DNA of 64,000 nucleotides from Promethearchaeota archaeon (GTDB lineage: Archaea > Asgardarchaeota > Lokiarchaeia > Sigyniarchaeales > Sigyniarchaeaceae), in the NCBI GenBank assembly GCA_041305945.1, contig JBGLND010000001.1:3216218-3280217 (forward strand), given 5' to 3'. Of this stretch, positions 47,285-57,628 are shown piece by piece. Numbering within the stretch: the stretch's first letter is position 1; each line of letters begins with the position of its first letter. A program made the position numbers and the translations under genes. Under the pieces are notes generated by a model. It was not told the origin of the DNA. It saw only the letters and a program-made list of their open reading frames with translations, and did no database searches.

Positions 47285-48364
47285 TCAGAGCCACTTTCTT
47301 TTCTTGAAGATGGCTAACAAGACTATGCTGAGGACGACCATCGCGGCGATCACGATGGGATACCCGAAGGGCGTGTCCAGCTCGGGCATGAAGTCGAAGT
47401 TCATGCCGTATAAACTCGTGATGAACGTGAGCGGGATGAATATCGTTGATATTATCGTCAGCGTCTTCATTACCATGCTTAATTTATTGCTGGTACTGGA
47501 CAAGTAGATGTCCATCATGTTCGACAGCAATTCTCGCTGGTTCTCGATGATATCGATCACCTGGATCATGTGCTCGTACAAATCGCGTATGTAAATGCGA
47601 AGGGATTTAGGCACGAGCTTGATGTCCCGGGTTTCGAGTTTCGAGACGATTTCCCGCATCGGCCAGGTGGCCTTGCGGAGATCCATCTGGACTTTCTTGT
47701 ACTTCTGGATCTGGAAGAGCACGTTCCTGTCCGGCAGAGAGATCAGGTCATCCTCCAGCATGTCTATTTTAGTTTCCAGCATTTCCAAGACATTGTAGTA
47801 CGTGTCGACCGCGTAATCGATGAGCGCGTAAGCGAGATATTCGGATCCCATCTTCCGGATTATTCCCTTGCTTGCCTTCAACCGTTCCTTGATGGGCTTG
47901 AAAAAGTCACCGTTCCACTCTTGGAACGTTATGACGTGGGTAGACGTGAGAATGAGGGTAACTTGCTGCGAGCTTGGCTCTTCATCCTCTTCTTTCCAAG
48001 CAAACACGTTGAACTCGACGAATAAATAATCATCAAGGTCGTCAAATTTCAGACGCTGGAAAGGATCAGCGATATCCTCCAAGATGAGGGGATGGATGTT
48101 GAAGCTCGTGCCGATGGCTTGGATCAGCGCGCTAACTTGAACGCTAGGAATGTCAATCCAACTTACCCTTTTCTGGGGCTTCACGTGTTGCAAGATGTCC
48201 TCGCCGGGCGATTGGAACTCGGTCAGGTCTTTATCATCGTAATTCATGAACGAGACGGTGGTTCGGATCGTCCTTCCAGTTGGCTCCTCGATAAGCGTGC
48301 CCGGTGGTAGACCGGTGGTCTTAGAGAAGCGCTTGAACTTTGTCCTCTTGGACTTGTTTGCCAT
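47285..48364 (-). CDS. corA: CorA-family magnesium/cobalt transporter
   Basis: It has YGMNFDFMPEL (GMN motif) and two C-terminal TM helices. The likely start is MANKSKRTKF, and the track ORF extends to 48502. Confidence 0.85.
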   Translation of the reverse strand: MANKSKRTKFKRFSKTTGLPPGTLIEEPTGRTIRTTVSFMNYDDKDLTEFQSPGEDILQHVKPQKRVSWIDIPSVQVSALIQAIGTSFNIHPLILEDIADPFQRLKFDDLDDYLFVEFNVFAWKEEDEEPSSQQVTLILTSTHVITFQEWNGDFFKPIKERLKASKGIIRKMGSEYLAYALIDYAVDTYYNVLEMLETKIDMLEDDLISLPDRNVLFQIQKYKKVQMDLRKATWPMREIVSKLETRDIKLVPKSLRIYIRDLYEHMIQVIDIIENQRELLSNMMDIYLSSTSNKLSMVMKTLTIISTIFIPLTFITSLYGMNFDFMPELDTPFGYPIVIAAMVVLSIVLLAIFKKRKWL

Positions 48365-48514
48365 GCAAGTCACCAGCCGAGTGATGGACGGGACAGCAGC
48401 GGCTAGGTCACCAGTTGTGTTTAGGTGACCGCCCGTTGCGGGGGTGTACGGTAGAAGGAGGACGGGAAGGTTATAAATAAATGGTAAAAGGAAAGAAAAC
48501 ATGTCTTTTTACAT

Positions 48515-49936
48515 TCAATGATTGGCCAAGATGACCTTCTTGCCGAACAAGATGGTCTTCGCGGTCTCGTACGCGGCGCTGTAGTTGAACACCTTGGCAC
48601 CGGACGTGTTGGCCGCCTCCTTGAGCATGTTGCTCTCCGTGACGTACTTCAAGCCACCCAAGGCCAGCGAGCCGGTCCCGAAGATACCCGGGTAGACATC
48701 CTTGTCCTCGTGCTTTGCCTTCAGGCCCTCGATGCCGGCAGGCGGGACCGCGTTGATGTCGACGACGAGCTTGAGCCCCTTCAGTTTTTCCATCGACGTC
48801 TTACCGAGCACTTGCACGCCCGCGGTTGCCACGGCCCAGATGATGTCGGTACCTTGGGCGATCTCCTCGCGAGAGGCTTCCGTCGGCGCGAAGGCCGCCA
48901 CGATTGGGGTTGCATCCTGGCCAGCTTCGTCGTTGAGAAGCTTGACGAGGGCTCCAATGCTCTCCTGGCTTGCCTTGTCCCATGTCTCGACCATGGTCAC
49001 GTGCGCGTGTTCCTTCGCCGCGATGATCGCCGCGATCTGTCCCACGGGACCGGCACCGTACACGGCGACGTGCTTTCCCGCGAGGCCATCCCACCCGTGG
49101 TTGATGGCCATCTGCAAGGTTTTCGCAACCACTGCCGACGCTGTCGTGTGCGAGCCGCGCGGGTCGACGACCACGGGATGCTCGAAGGGGGGCACGAGGG
49201 CCTTGACCACTTTTTCGGCGATCTTGTCGCATTCCTTCACGTTAGAGCCACCCACGAAGAAGCAGGTGGGTGCCGTGGGTTTCCTGGAAAACATCGCATC
49301 TTGCACGAGCCTGGTGACCTTTTCCGCGGTGACGTTCGAGAATGGTATCACGGCGGTGAACCCGGCGTCGTAAGCCATGTTGATGTCGAACGGCGAGGCA
49401 AACGAGTCCGTGTCGAACATGTACAATATCTTCTCGGCGTCGGCTTTCTTTTCCTTGACTTTGACGGGTGCGATGTCGAGCACGGTGCTTTTCAAGAACT
49501 CGTCGATCTTGGCAGCATCCGGCAGGTTCTTGACGCTCTTCTTCATGGCAACCTTCAGCACGCCGACGCCAAGCTGGTCTGCGAGCCCCGCCATGCCATC
49601 GAAGTGGCGTTTGTCGCAGATCAATAACGCGGTCATCTTGATGGCATCGATGCCCTCGGCACGCTTCAAGATGCCGGACATCATCCACGCTTGGCGGATA
49701 TCGTACCGGACCTTGTCGACCTGGCTCTCGATCTCGGATTTCAAGTATTCTGCCGTCAGCAGCACTTGCTGCAAGTAGGTCCTCTTGGTCGTGTCCTTGC
49801 TCGCCTTTATGGAATCGGCAGACGAAACCAGCCCCGCGTGGAGGGTGATGGCAGGATCCAGCGAGGCGTTGATATATCCCAGGGCGTTCTCGTCGATGTC
49901 CACCCAGCCGTGATCGATGCCACGTTTCTTGAACAC
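48515..49936 (-). CDS. AlaDH/PNT-type NAD(P)-binding dehydrogenase (LOR/SDH-like), product unassigned
   Basis: The C-terminal half has VAVYGAGPVGQIAAIIAAKEHAHVTMVE (Rossmann, alanine DH/transhydrogenase type). The N-terminal substrate domain could not be assigned to a specific enzyme. The + ORF 48518..49627 is antisense and spurious. Confidence 0.5.
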   Translation of the reverse strand: MFKKRGIDHGWVDIDENALGYINASLDPAITLHAGLVSSADSIKASKDTTKRTYLQQVLLTAEYLKSEIESQVDKVRYDIRQAWMMSGILKRAEGIDAIKMTALLICDKRHFDGMAGLADQLGVGVLKVAMKKSVKNLPDAAKIDEFLKSTVLDIAPVKVKEKKADAEKILYMFDTDSFASPFDINMAYDAGFTAVIPFSNVTAEKVTRLVQDAMFSRKPTAPTCFFVGGSNVKECDKIAEKVVKALVPPFEHPVVVDPRGSHTTASAVVAKTLQMAINHGWDGLAGKHVAVYGAGPVGQIAAIIAAKEHAHVTMVETWDKASQESIGALVKLLNDEAGQDATPIVAAFAPTEASREEIAQGTDIIWAVATAGVQVLGKTSMEKLKGLKLVVDINAVPPAGIEGLKAKHEDKDVYPGIFGTGSLALGGLKYVTESNMLKEAANTSGAKVFNYSAAYETAKTILFGKKVILANH

Positions 49937-49962
49937 GTCGACCAGCGGGTTATCGTAGAGGA

Positions 49963-50643
49963 ATGCATCGAGGTTCCTGTTGCCGAGCTCTGAGCGGCAA
50001 TGAATTCACGATGCTACCCGAAACTATTGGTAACCTTTCCTCTCTCGAAGAATTATACCTTGTTTCGAATCGATCGGAGACGTTCTTTCTCCCGGACAGC
50101 ATCGTCCGGTTAACCGCCCTCAAGCGCCTTGACTTGGGACAGCTGGATGTATCCTCATTTCCCGAGGGGAAGAAGAATGCATTGCTGGCACTCCAGGCCA
50201 AGGGAATACTTGACATTGCTTCATTGCCGTTGAACGAGAAACGCGTGAACGTGAAAGTCATGATCAAACAATTGAATGAAAGGATCATCAAAGCACGGGA
50301 AGGCTTATCGCAGACGAGCTGGGACGAGGATAAGAAAAACGAGATCATGGCATTAATACAATCCGGCGAACCCAATATCCTGGACTCTCCACGAATCAGG
50401 GAGATAAAGTACCAGCTGGTACAAAGCGGGTTGGTTTTCAAGGAGATTAACGAGTGGCGAGTGCTAGACGAGACGAAACACGCGGACCTTGCATTGAAAA
50501 AAGGCATCGAGATCCATGAAAAGATGGTGAACGTGAAAGATATCTTGCACCCTGCCATCAAAGCATATTTTAAAGAAACTATCAAGGCAAAATCAGACGC
50601 GTTCAGGAAACGGATTCCATTCGACTACGAAGCCTTGGAATGA
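49963..50643 (+). CDS. Leucine-rich-repeat containing protein fragment with C-terminal helical domain
   Basis: It has LSGNEFTMLPETIGNLSSLEELYLVSNRSETFFLPDSIVRLTALKRLDLGQ, which is 2-3 LRR units. The ORF opens mid-repeat directly at the divergent gene boundary, so its N-terminus is probably truncated. Confidence 0.5.
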   Translation: MHRGSCCRALSGNEFTMLPETIGNLSSLEELYLVSNRSETFFLPDSIVRLTALKRLDLGQLDVSSFPEGKKNALLALQAKGILDIASLPLNEKRVNVKVMIKQLNERIIKAREGLSQTSWDEDKKNEIMALIQSGEPNILDSPRIREIKYQLVQSGLVFKEINEWRVLDETKHADLALKKGIEIHEKMVNVKDILHPAIKAYFKETIKAKSDAFRKRIPFDYEALE

Positions 50644-50845
50644 TCTTTCATTTCTGCGTTAGTCGTTGATGAACTACATTCTATTTTTCTTATAGCAACG
50701 GTAACGAAATCAACCTTTCTCGTCCCCCTATCAACTCTTGATTTGAAGCATCAATGGCCCGCCTATTACAAGACTTATGGATGGTTATGGAATATGCCCC
50801 GTAGAACCTGAACGAATATCTCGGCATGGCGGTAAGTGTTTCTAG

Positions 50846-51118
50846 GTGGATGGACACGTTTTTCCCATGAGACGGCCAGCGATTTCCAGCGGAACGGTGC
50901 ATGACTTGCCGGCGGATTTACGGGACGTGATAGTATCCTCCCCCGTGGCGCGGGCAGCGTGGGAGGACATCACGCCGCTGGCACGCAACGAGTTCATCTG
51001 CTGGGTGGAATCTGCCAAGAAAGCAGAGACGAGGAAGCGCCGGATCGAAAGGACGCGTGATGAACTCATGGAGGGAAAACGCAGGCCGTGTTGCTGGGCA
51101 GGTTGCATGCATCGTTGA
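50846..51118 (+). CDS. YdeI/OmpD-associated family (DUF1905-type) small protein
   Basis: ARNEFICWVESAKKAETRKRRIERTRDELMEGKRR matches the family pattern (WV..AK..ETR.RRI). Confidence 0.55.
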   Translation: MDGHVFPMRRPAISSGTVHDLPADLRDVIVSSPVARAAWEDITPLARNEFICWVESAKKAETRKRRIERTRDELMEGKRRPCCWAGCMHR

Positions 51119-51297
51119 ACGTGCCCCGCCGTCATGATCGTGAAACTATCCACTGCAACTCGTGGATAAAACGATTGATTGGCACGGTTGCCTTTGAACA
51201 GCGTCTTTTCTGATTCAATTTAGTAAGATATGCACGAAAAAAGGATGGTGGTGCATATCGACGATTTAAATCCCTCGAAACCAATTGTTCAAGTGGA

Positions 51298-52815
51298 GTG
51301 ATCAAGAAGCCCATGACCTATTCACGACGCAAGAAGGCAGCAATCCTCCTTCCCGTGGTAATCATGCTATCAGCAAGTTATTGCATGAACGTGCTGTTCA
51401 CGGTGCAACATGTATCCAACGTTCAAGCCGGTGTGAAATTCACCTCGTTCGAGCACGAGATCGATAGCAGCATCCCCTTCTTGACATGGAACGATGACAT
51501 CTCGATCTTGCTTGAAAACCCGGATAGAGGTTTTCGAATGGAATCGTACATGACCCTCGGCACGAACCTTTCCTACCCTTACCGGCTGGTCACCGGGGCA
51601 GACGAGGAGGCTGAGCCCTCGCTGGGAGGCGCGAATGCATCGCTGCAAGTGCAACTCCAGACGTATGCGCCGGATAGACCCAAGATCATCCAGCAGTACG
51701 TCTACCTGACCTTGTACACCAGCCGTACCGTGATACCCCAGAAGGCCCTTGACCAGCTCACCGCGTATTTCGAGTACATCCGGAGCTTGGACATCAAGAT
51801 GCTGTTGCGTTTTGCCTATGAAAACGAGAACAACTTGGCAGACCCGCCTCAAGATGTCATGCTTGCCCATGTCGCGGAACTGAAAACCTGGTTCCACAAT
51901 AATTCGCAGCTGGTGGCGGATACTGTCTATTGCCTGCAACTTGGCTTCCTTGGCTGGTGGGGGGAAGGGCATTCCTATCACGTGGAATATGATATCCCCC
52001 GTGTCATCGCCGCCGTATGCGAGATGGTGCCAAGCTGGATGTACGTGAACGTGCGCACGCCTTGGTATTATTACACTACCCCTTTGCAGTACCGGTCAAG
52101 GATGGGCATGCACGATGATTATCTCGTCGGTTACAATGTCTATGGCACTCCAATGCCGGACAATCCTGTGCAGCAACCTTATTACCGGGATCTGTTCCAG
52201 CACACGATCAACGATGGCGAGCTTCCGTGGGGTGGTGAACCGACGAATAACGAAACCTATATCGACGGGACGAACACGACTAGGTACCTGTATGATTACT
52301 CCCTGTCGACGTTGAGCATCGTGCACAATTACATCGAGAGCGGGCTAGGCCACCCGTACAACATGTACCGGTGGAAAACGGAATATCTCGATGCGGATGC
52401 ATTCAACGACCACGGCTGGAATTACAATCCCAACTTCTTGGACGACGAGGGCAAAATATCCATATTCAATTATTTGAAATATCACTTGGGTTACCAGCTG
52501 GTGCTTTCGAATCTCACGACTGATGGCAACAAACTGCACTTCATGATTAGCAATTACGGCTTCGCCGCACCATTTAACATGGATAGTCTTGTCGTGCAGG
52601 CGAGATACGCCAACGGAACGACACGACACGTGAACTTGGCATTCACGCCGCACGCGTTGTATACCTTCCGCCAGGCGGTGTATTCGGTGGCACTGGATCT
52701 TGGTAATATTGACCACGTGAGCGTGAAATTGTATAACAGCAGGAATGGCGACCACGTTCGTTTCGGGAACGACATCGAATCGGTCGACGGGTTTCACGAA
52801 TTGCTTTCACGCTAG
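51298..52815 (+). CDS. DUF4874/DUF4832-like predicted secreted glycoside hydrolase
   Basis: It has a signal-anchor N-terminus. LENPDRGFRME and the later GWWGEGH and aromatic-rich TIM-barrel-like core resemble the DUF4874+DUF4832 architecture. The stop is TAG. Confidence 0.5.
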   Translation: MIKKPMTYSRRKKAAILLPVVIMLSASYCMNVLFTVQHVSNVQAGVKFTSFEHEIDSSIPFLTWNDDISILLENPDRGFRMESYMTLGTNLSYPYRLVTGADEEAEPSLGGANASLQVQLQTYAPDRPKIIQQYVYLTLYTSRTVIPQKALDQLTAYFEYIRSLDIKMLLRFAYENENNLADPPQDVMLAHVAELKTWFHNNSQLVADTVYCLQLGFLGWWGEGHSYHVEYDIPRVIAAVCEMVPSWMYVNVRTPWYYYTTPLQYRSRMGMHDDYLVGYNVYGTPMPDNPVQQPYYRDLFQHTINDGELPWGGEPTNNETYIDGTNTTRYLYDYSLSTLSIVHNYIESGLGHPYNMYRWKTEYLDADAFNDHGWNYNPNFLDDEGKISIFNYLKYHLGYQLVLSNLTTDGNKLHFMISNYGFAAPFNMDSLVVQARYANGTTRHVNLAFTPHALYTFRQAVYSVALDLGNIDHVSVKLYNSRNGDHVRFGNDIESVDGFHELLSR

Positions 52816-53057
52816 CTGCCGCCCAAGCTCACGCTCGGATCATTTCCATGAATGCCTCGATCCGGGTCCTGTTCTGTTCCACGTTCTCGCCGACATTGTT
52901 GAAGCTGGTTTCCACGACTGGTATGCCCATTTGGCGAGCCTTTTCCTTGAAAATGTTGAGCACGGGTGCGAGATTCTTGCAAGCGAAGGTACTCTGGAAC
53001 AACACGCCGTCCACATCGATATCCTTCTCGGGAAAAAAGGGTTCGTAAACAGTTATC

Positions 53058-54893
53058 TCATGGATTAATTTTTTTCTTCCATTCCGCATACCGCTGCCGG
53101 ACGACGTCGAATGCCAATTTAGGAACCCTGAATTCGTCCACGAAGCCCTTGTTGTTATACGACCGGGGGCGCCCGTCCGGCCTCGTTGGAAGGTCGACAC
53201 GCGTGTCACAGAACATCCACGTCCACGTCCCGCCGATGAAATCGTCGTGTTCCATTGCTGTCTTGATGTAGTGTTCCAATAATGCAGCCTGGAAATCCTC
53301 GCTCCATTTGGCAGCATCCCACGACCTGTACCCCCGGATGGCACCCGCGCCGAACTCGGTGAGCACGATGGGCTTGGGCGGCCCGAGCTCGTGGTCCTCA
53401 TCGAGCAATATATCGTGGATCAAGTTCACGATGTTCATGAACCCTTCCTTGTCCCCGCCGTACCACCCGTCGTAGATATTGATGGTCACGAAATCCGACA
53501 AGTCGTAGCACCTTTCCATGGCACGCTTTTGCGAGACGTGTATGATGAAACGGTTTCCCTTCTCTATGGCGCGTGCGTGGGCATAAAGAGCCTCGTGGAA
53601 CGCCCTTCCTTCGATGGTATCGGATTGTGTCTCGTTGCTCATCGACCACGCGATGATGCACGGGTGATTTTTATCACGTGAATGCATTTCCTCGAAATAA
53701 CGCTTGGCCGTGGCCAGGACCGCGGGATTTGCCATGTGGCTTGCGTCCAACTGGTAAGCTGGTATCTCCTCTATGAAGAACAAGCCGAGCTCGTCGCAAA
53801 AATCGAGCGTTTCCTTGGCAACGGGATAATGGGATCCTCGGAAGCAGTTAATGTTTGCTTCCTTCATGATCTGGAGGTCCTTGAAGATCAAGGTATCGGG
53901 TATCGCCGCGCCGAACGACGGGTGGTCCTCGTGCCTGTTCGTCCCGAGCATGGTGAACGGCCGGTTGTTCACGAAGAAGCGCGTGCCCCTTGTCTCCACC
54001 TTCCGGAAGCCCCACCGGGCACGTTCCGCATCGATGACCTCCCCGTTCTTGTTTTCCAAGGAAAGCTCGACCGAATACAAGTTGGGCGCGTCCGGGTGCC
54101 AGAGTTCCACGAGTGACGGGTCGAGATTGAATCTTGCGAGAAAAACAGCATGGTTTTTCCCATCAACATTGACCATCACCTTTTTGCTTCCCAACACGTT
54201 CACATACCTTTTAACATCTCGTATCGTGACGAGAATGGCTCCCTCGAAACTGAGGTCGCTCTTGTTTTCCATGTTCGTGGAGACCTCGAAGGAAATGCTG
54301 CCCGGCTTGGTGCTTGCCTCGCTAGCAAACTCGATCTCATCCATGAAGGTGAAATCCTCGATGCGGGCGGGTGGCTTCACGATGATGCCGACGTGTCGAT
54401 GGATGCCACCGTAGTTGAACCAGTCCACCGTGCGCGTCCACGGCAGCCGTTCAGGGTGTCCCCACTCATTATTCACGTAGACGACCACCGTGTTATCGTC
54501 GGAATTCCCCGGGTGCACGTGTGCCGTTATGTCCAGGGAGAATGACGTGTACCCGTTCTCGTGTTCACCGGCGAATTTCCCGTTCACCCATGTCATGCAC
54601 TTGCTATTCACGCCGCCGAACGTGAGCTCGATAGTATCGTCCGGGCTTGTCCTTTGCACGGCAAAGCATTTCTTGAAAAGCACGGTTCCGAAAAACCTGA
54701 ACAATTTCTTTTGTTGCAGGTTCCATGTTGAAGGCACGAAACATGGCTTCCATTCGCAAGTGGTGACTATGTCCCCAATTTTCTTTTCAAGTTGGATGCC
54801 ATCGCCGGCCTTGACCGACCGCTTCTCGTCAATCCAGTATTGCCACGTTCCATCTAAAATCAGAGTATTCCTCATGATCATCAATCTGGTCAT
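53058..54893 (-). CDS. Glycoside hydrolase family 2 (beta-galactosidase/beta-glucuronidase-like)
   Basis: It has the GH2 sugar-binding, Ig-like and TIM-barrel order. The motifs NCFRGSHYP (acid/base region) and IIAWSMSNE (nucleophile region) are present. Confidence 0.8.
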   Translation of the reverse strand: MTRLMIMRNTLILDGTWQYWIDEKRSVKAGDGIQLEKKIGDIVTTCEWKPCFVPSTWNLQQKKLFRFFGTVLFKKCFAVQRTSPDDTIELTFGGVNSKCMTWVNGKFAGEHENGYTSFSLDITAHVHPGNSDDNTVVVYVNNEWGHPERLPWTRTVDWFNYGGIHRHVGIIVKPPARIEDFTFMDEIEFASEASTKPGSISFEVSTNMENKSDLSFEGAILVTIRDVKRYVNVLGSKKVMVNVDGKNHAVFLARFNLDPSLVELWHPDAPNLYSVELSLENKNGEVIDAERARWGFRKVETRGTRFFVNNRPFTMLGTNRHEDHPSFGAAIPDTLIFKDLQIMKEANINCFRGSHYPVAKETLDFCDELGLFFIEEIPAYQLDASHMANPAVLATAKRYFEEMHSRDKNHPCIIAWSMSNETQSDTIEGRAFHEALYAHARAIEKGNRFIIHVSQKRAMERCYDLSDFVTINIYDGWYGGDKEGFMNIVNLIHDILLDEDHELGPPKPIVLTEFGAGAIRGYRSWDAAKWSEDFQAALLEHYIKTAMEHDDFIGGTWTWMFCDTRVDLPTRPDGRPRSYNNKGFVDEFRVPKLAFDVVRQRYAEWKKKINP

Positions 54894-55006
54894 GCATCTA
54901 TTTAATGATCAAGATGCCAAGCGACAGGTTGGTCGCGCTTTGAGGAAATACCATGCATGCTGGCCGGATCACGTGCCCATTGCACACGCGGGTGAAAAGG
55001 AACGTG

Positions 55007-55570
55007 TTAGTTTGTTGAACTCGTGATGCCTACCGCGGGCTTGCTCGCGTTTTGCATCAAGAGCGTGTCGACCAACGTGGCTATGGCCTCGTGGATATTC
55101 TCGCCGGTTTTCGACGAGGTCATGACCAATCCTGAGAGGTCAAGTTCCTTCACGTAATCCCATGCTTCCTTGATGGTGTCTTCGATATCTTCCTGATCGA
55201 CGATGTCGATCTTCGTGCCAACGAGCAAGATGGGCGAGTTTGGCAAGGCGTTTTTCCTGATCAAGTCGACCCATTCACGTATCTCGAACAAGGTGAACGA
55301 TCTGGACGCATCAAAAAACACGAGAGATGCAACGGCTCCCTTGACATACGTGGGTTGGATGAATCGGAACCTGTCTTGCCCCCCGAGGTCCCACAGCACC
55401 AGTCCTATTTTCTTACCTTGTCGTTCTAGATTATGCGTGTGCAATTGCACGCCAACGGTCAAGGCAGTATTGGAAACGAATTTATCGGTGAGATATCGTA
55501 ACAAGAACGTGGTCTTACCGACACCACCTTGACCGCATGCAATTATTTTCCACAAGAAATCCGGGGTCAT
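55007..55570 (-). CDS. Ras-superfamily small GTPase, Rab-like
   Basis: G1 is GQGGVGKTTFLLRY, switch I is TVGV, G3 is WDLGGQDRFR, G4 is VGTKIDI and G5 is TSSKTG. The ATG start is at 55570, and the track ORF begins at a TTG at 55600. Confidence 0.85.
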   Translation of the reverse strand: MTPDFLWKIIACGQGGVGKTTFLLRYLTDKFVSNTALTVGVQLHTHNLERQGKKIGLVLWDLGGQDRFRFIQPTYVKGAVASLVFFDASRSFTLFEIREWVDLIRKNALPNSPILLVGTKIDIVDQEDIEDTIKEAWDYVKELDLSGLVMTSSKTGENIHEAIATLVDTLLMQNASKPAVGITSSTN

Positions 55571-55760
55571 GAATGTTCTACCTTTGATAGCCGTATTCAA
55601 TCATTACCCCCTTTTGTAATAAAGCAACCTCTTACTAACAATAACTTGAGAAGGAGGTGTGGCATTGCCACGAAATTGTACGCATGCCAAGCATTATTCC
55701 GTGCCTATCGTGCTTGAATATTTACCGGTTACCGCGTCCCGCGGTTGCAAGCAGTACAAT

Positions 55761-56363
55761 TCAAGAGTATCGCATCATGCCCTTCACGAGCTCGTCCGCT
55801 CCCCCGAATATATCCCCGCCGTTACACCGGATGAAGAATTCTACCTGCAAGTTCACTTGGACGCCAGGATTTTCCCCGGACGATCGAAAGTCAGTCCGCA
55901 AGCCAAAAATTTTCTTGCCAATGGCAGCGGCATATCCTATTTCTGCAGCAACGCCCGAATCGATGTCCATGCCCGAGCCATCGAGGACCGCCACCAAGAA
56001 ATCTGCACGGGCTATGGCATCCTTTCCCGGTACGGACGCGAAATACGCGGGGGCACCGATCACGATGGCATCTGCACTGGTCATGAGCGATTCCAGCCTT
56101 CCCATGTCGTCCGATTCGCTCAACGGGCATGAAAACGGTTTTCTAAGACATGCATCACACCCGGTGCAGTGTTGCACGCTATACTCCGATAAATTGATCG
56201 TTTCCACCTCTATCGTGGGGCGGTCACTACCGTTTGCTGTTAGCGTGCTTGGCAAGGGCTCGACGTTCAATGCCTTGATTTTAGAGGCGAAAATACCCGC
56301 CAAAGTTGCTGTCATGCCGTTTTTTCGAGGGGAACCGTTCACCACGAGGATTTTTTTGTTCAC
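55761..56363 (-). CDS. Iron-sulfur flavoprotein (Isf)/NADPH-dependent FMN reductase-like protein
   Basis: KILVVNGSPRKNGMTA is the flavodoxin-like P-loop and CTGCDAC the compact Cys motif of Isf. The C-terminal 60 aa (DSGVAAEIGYAAAIGKKIF) resemble the nucleoside 2-deoxyribosyltransferase motif, which may mean a second junction. Confidence 0.6.
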   Translation of the reverse strand: MNKKILVVNGSPRKNGMTATLAGIFASKIKALNVEPLPSTLTANGSDRPTIEVETINLSEYSVQHCTGCDACLRKPFSCPLSESDDMGRLESLMTSADAIVIGAPAYFASVPGKDAIARADFLVAVLDGSGMDIDSGVAAEIGYAAAIGKKIFGLRTDFRSSGENPGVQVNLQVEFFIRCNGGDIFGGADELVKGMMRYS

Positions 56364-56409
56364 GTGGTACTATTCCCCGTATCGAATTAAAACCATGACA
56401 AGGGCGGGA

Positions 56410-56973
56410 TCACGTTGAGAACGGCGTGAACAGGAAGATGCCGGATTCTTTTTCAGCTTCGGCATAGATGCCGGGAAATACCTTCCGCGCGTGGGACAGC
56501 TTCTCGAACAAGGACTTGTAATTGTGCTGGATGTCATCCAGCATTTCTCCTGACGACCTGTTGCACCCTTGCACCCGTTCCGCATCCCGCTCTTCTTGGT
56601 GGATGGCATCGCTAAGCTTGATGAGTTCCATCTCGTGATCGTGCAATTTCTTCATCAACTTCTCGAGTTTTTTCTCTTGCTTGCCGCCTTGCATCTCGTC
56701 ATTTAATAGCGCCTTGATCTCGAACTCGTCAACGTTGATCTCCTTTATGAGGTCAAGCTTCTTCTCATTATCCTTTATGACCCTTTCGGGAACGTCCTTC
56801 AAGGCATCGATGTCCTTGCAAGCATGTTTTATCTCCTGGATTGCCTTGGCATACCCGTCGAACTGGAGCAGGTATTGCTTGATCGATTCCTTGATCGTCT
56901 CGCTGGACGGTGCGTTGGTGGTCGCGGGACTCGCCTCGTGGGGGGGCCATACGTGCGGAATGTTCGACGGCAA
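56410..56973 (-). CDS. Coiled-coil protein, uncharacterised family (paralog A)
   Basis: It shares ESI(K/R)Q.L..FD.Y.K, DVP, (Q)(H/Q)NYK and the C-terminal E(K/R)E(S/T)GI(F/I)(L/F)F motifs with 57629..58132. Confidence 0.5.
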   Translation of the reverse strand: MPSNIPHVWPPHEASPATTNAPSSETIKESIKQYLLQFDGYAKAIQEIKHACKDIDALKDVPERVIKDNEKKLDLIKEINVDEFEIKALLNDEMQGGKQEKKLEKLMKKLHDHEMELIKLSDAIHQEERDAERVQGCNRSSGEMLDDIQHNYKSLFEKLSHARKVFPGIYAEAEKESGIFLFTPFST

Positions 56974-57088
56974 TTAGGCCAACGGGGATTAATCAAGATA
57001 TTCCTTATGAGGGAAACTACTTCCCCGATGCTTGCTTCTATCCATGTACGTCGCGGGATCGCGCACGAATTGAAAGGATTGCACTTGC

Positions 57089-57568
57089 ATGTACCCCGCG
57101 GAGGCGATTAAGCATATGATAGGAAAGAAAAACATGTTGGGAACGAACCTTGTCACCCAGATTGGCATCGTCGTCAAGGATATAGAACAAACATCGCAAG
57201 CCTATGCTGACTTGTTCGGCGTGAAAACACCGGGCTGGCGATGGACCGATCCACATGAAAAAACGCACGCTGAATACCGGGGGAAACCAACAAACGCGCG
57301 CGCCAAGCTCGCGTTCTTCAAGTTCAAGAACATCACGCTGGAGTTGATCGAGCCAGATGGTGAGCCAAGCACGTGGCGCGAGTTCCTGGAAACGAGGGGG
57401 GAAGGCGTCCATCACGTCGCGTTCAACGTCAAGGACGCGGCGGGAAAGGTGCAAGCCCTCGCCGCGCGGGACATGGGCGTCGCGCAGAAAGGAGATTTCA
57501 CGGGCGGGCATTATGCCTACATGGATTCCCAGGAGATGCTCAAGGTCATCTTGGAGCTGCTCTCGTGA
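57089..57568 (+). CDS. VOC/glyoxalase-family protein (methylmalonyl-CoA epimerase-like)
   Basis: It has IGIVVKDIEQT...HHVAFNVKD paired beta-alpha-beta-beta-beta modules. Confidence 0.75.
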   Translation: MYPAEAIKHMIGKKNMLGTNLVTQIGIVVKDIEQTSQAYADLFGVKTPGWRWTDPHEKTHAEYRGKPTNARAKLAFFKFKNITLELIEPDGEPSTWREFLETRGEGVHHVAFNVKDAAGKVQALAARDMGVAQKGDFTGGHYAYMDSQEMLKVILELLS

Positions 57569-57628
57569 ATGGATGTGCCACGCGGGGACGGGTCCCGGAA
57601 AGAATAGCGCGGCGTGAACCCGAATCTT

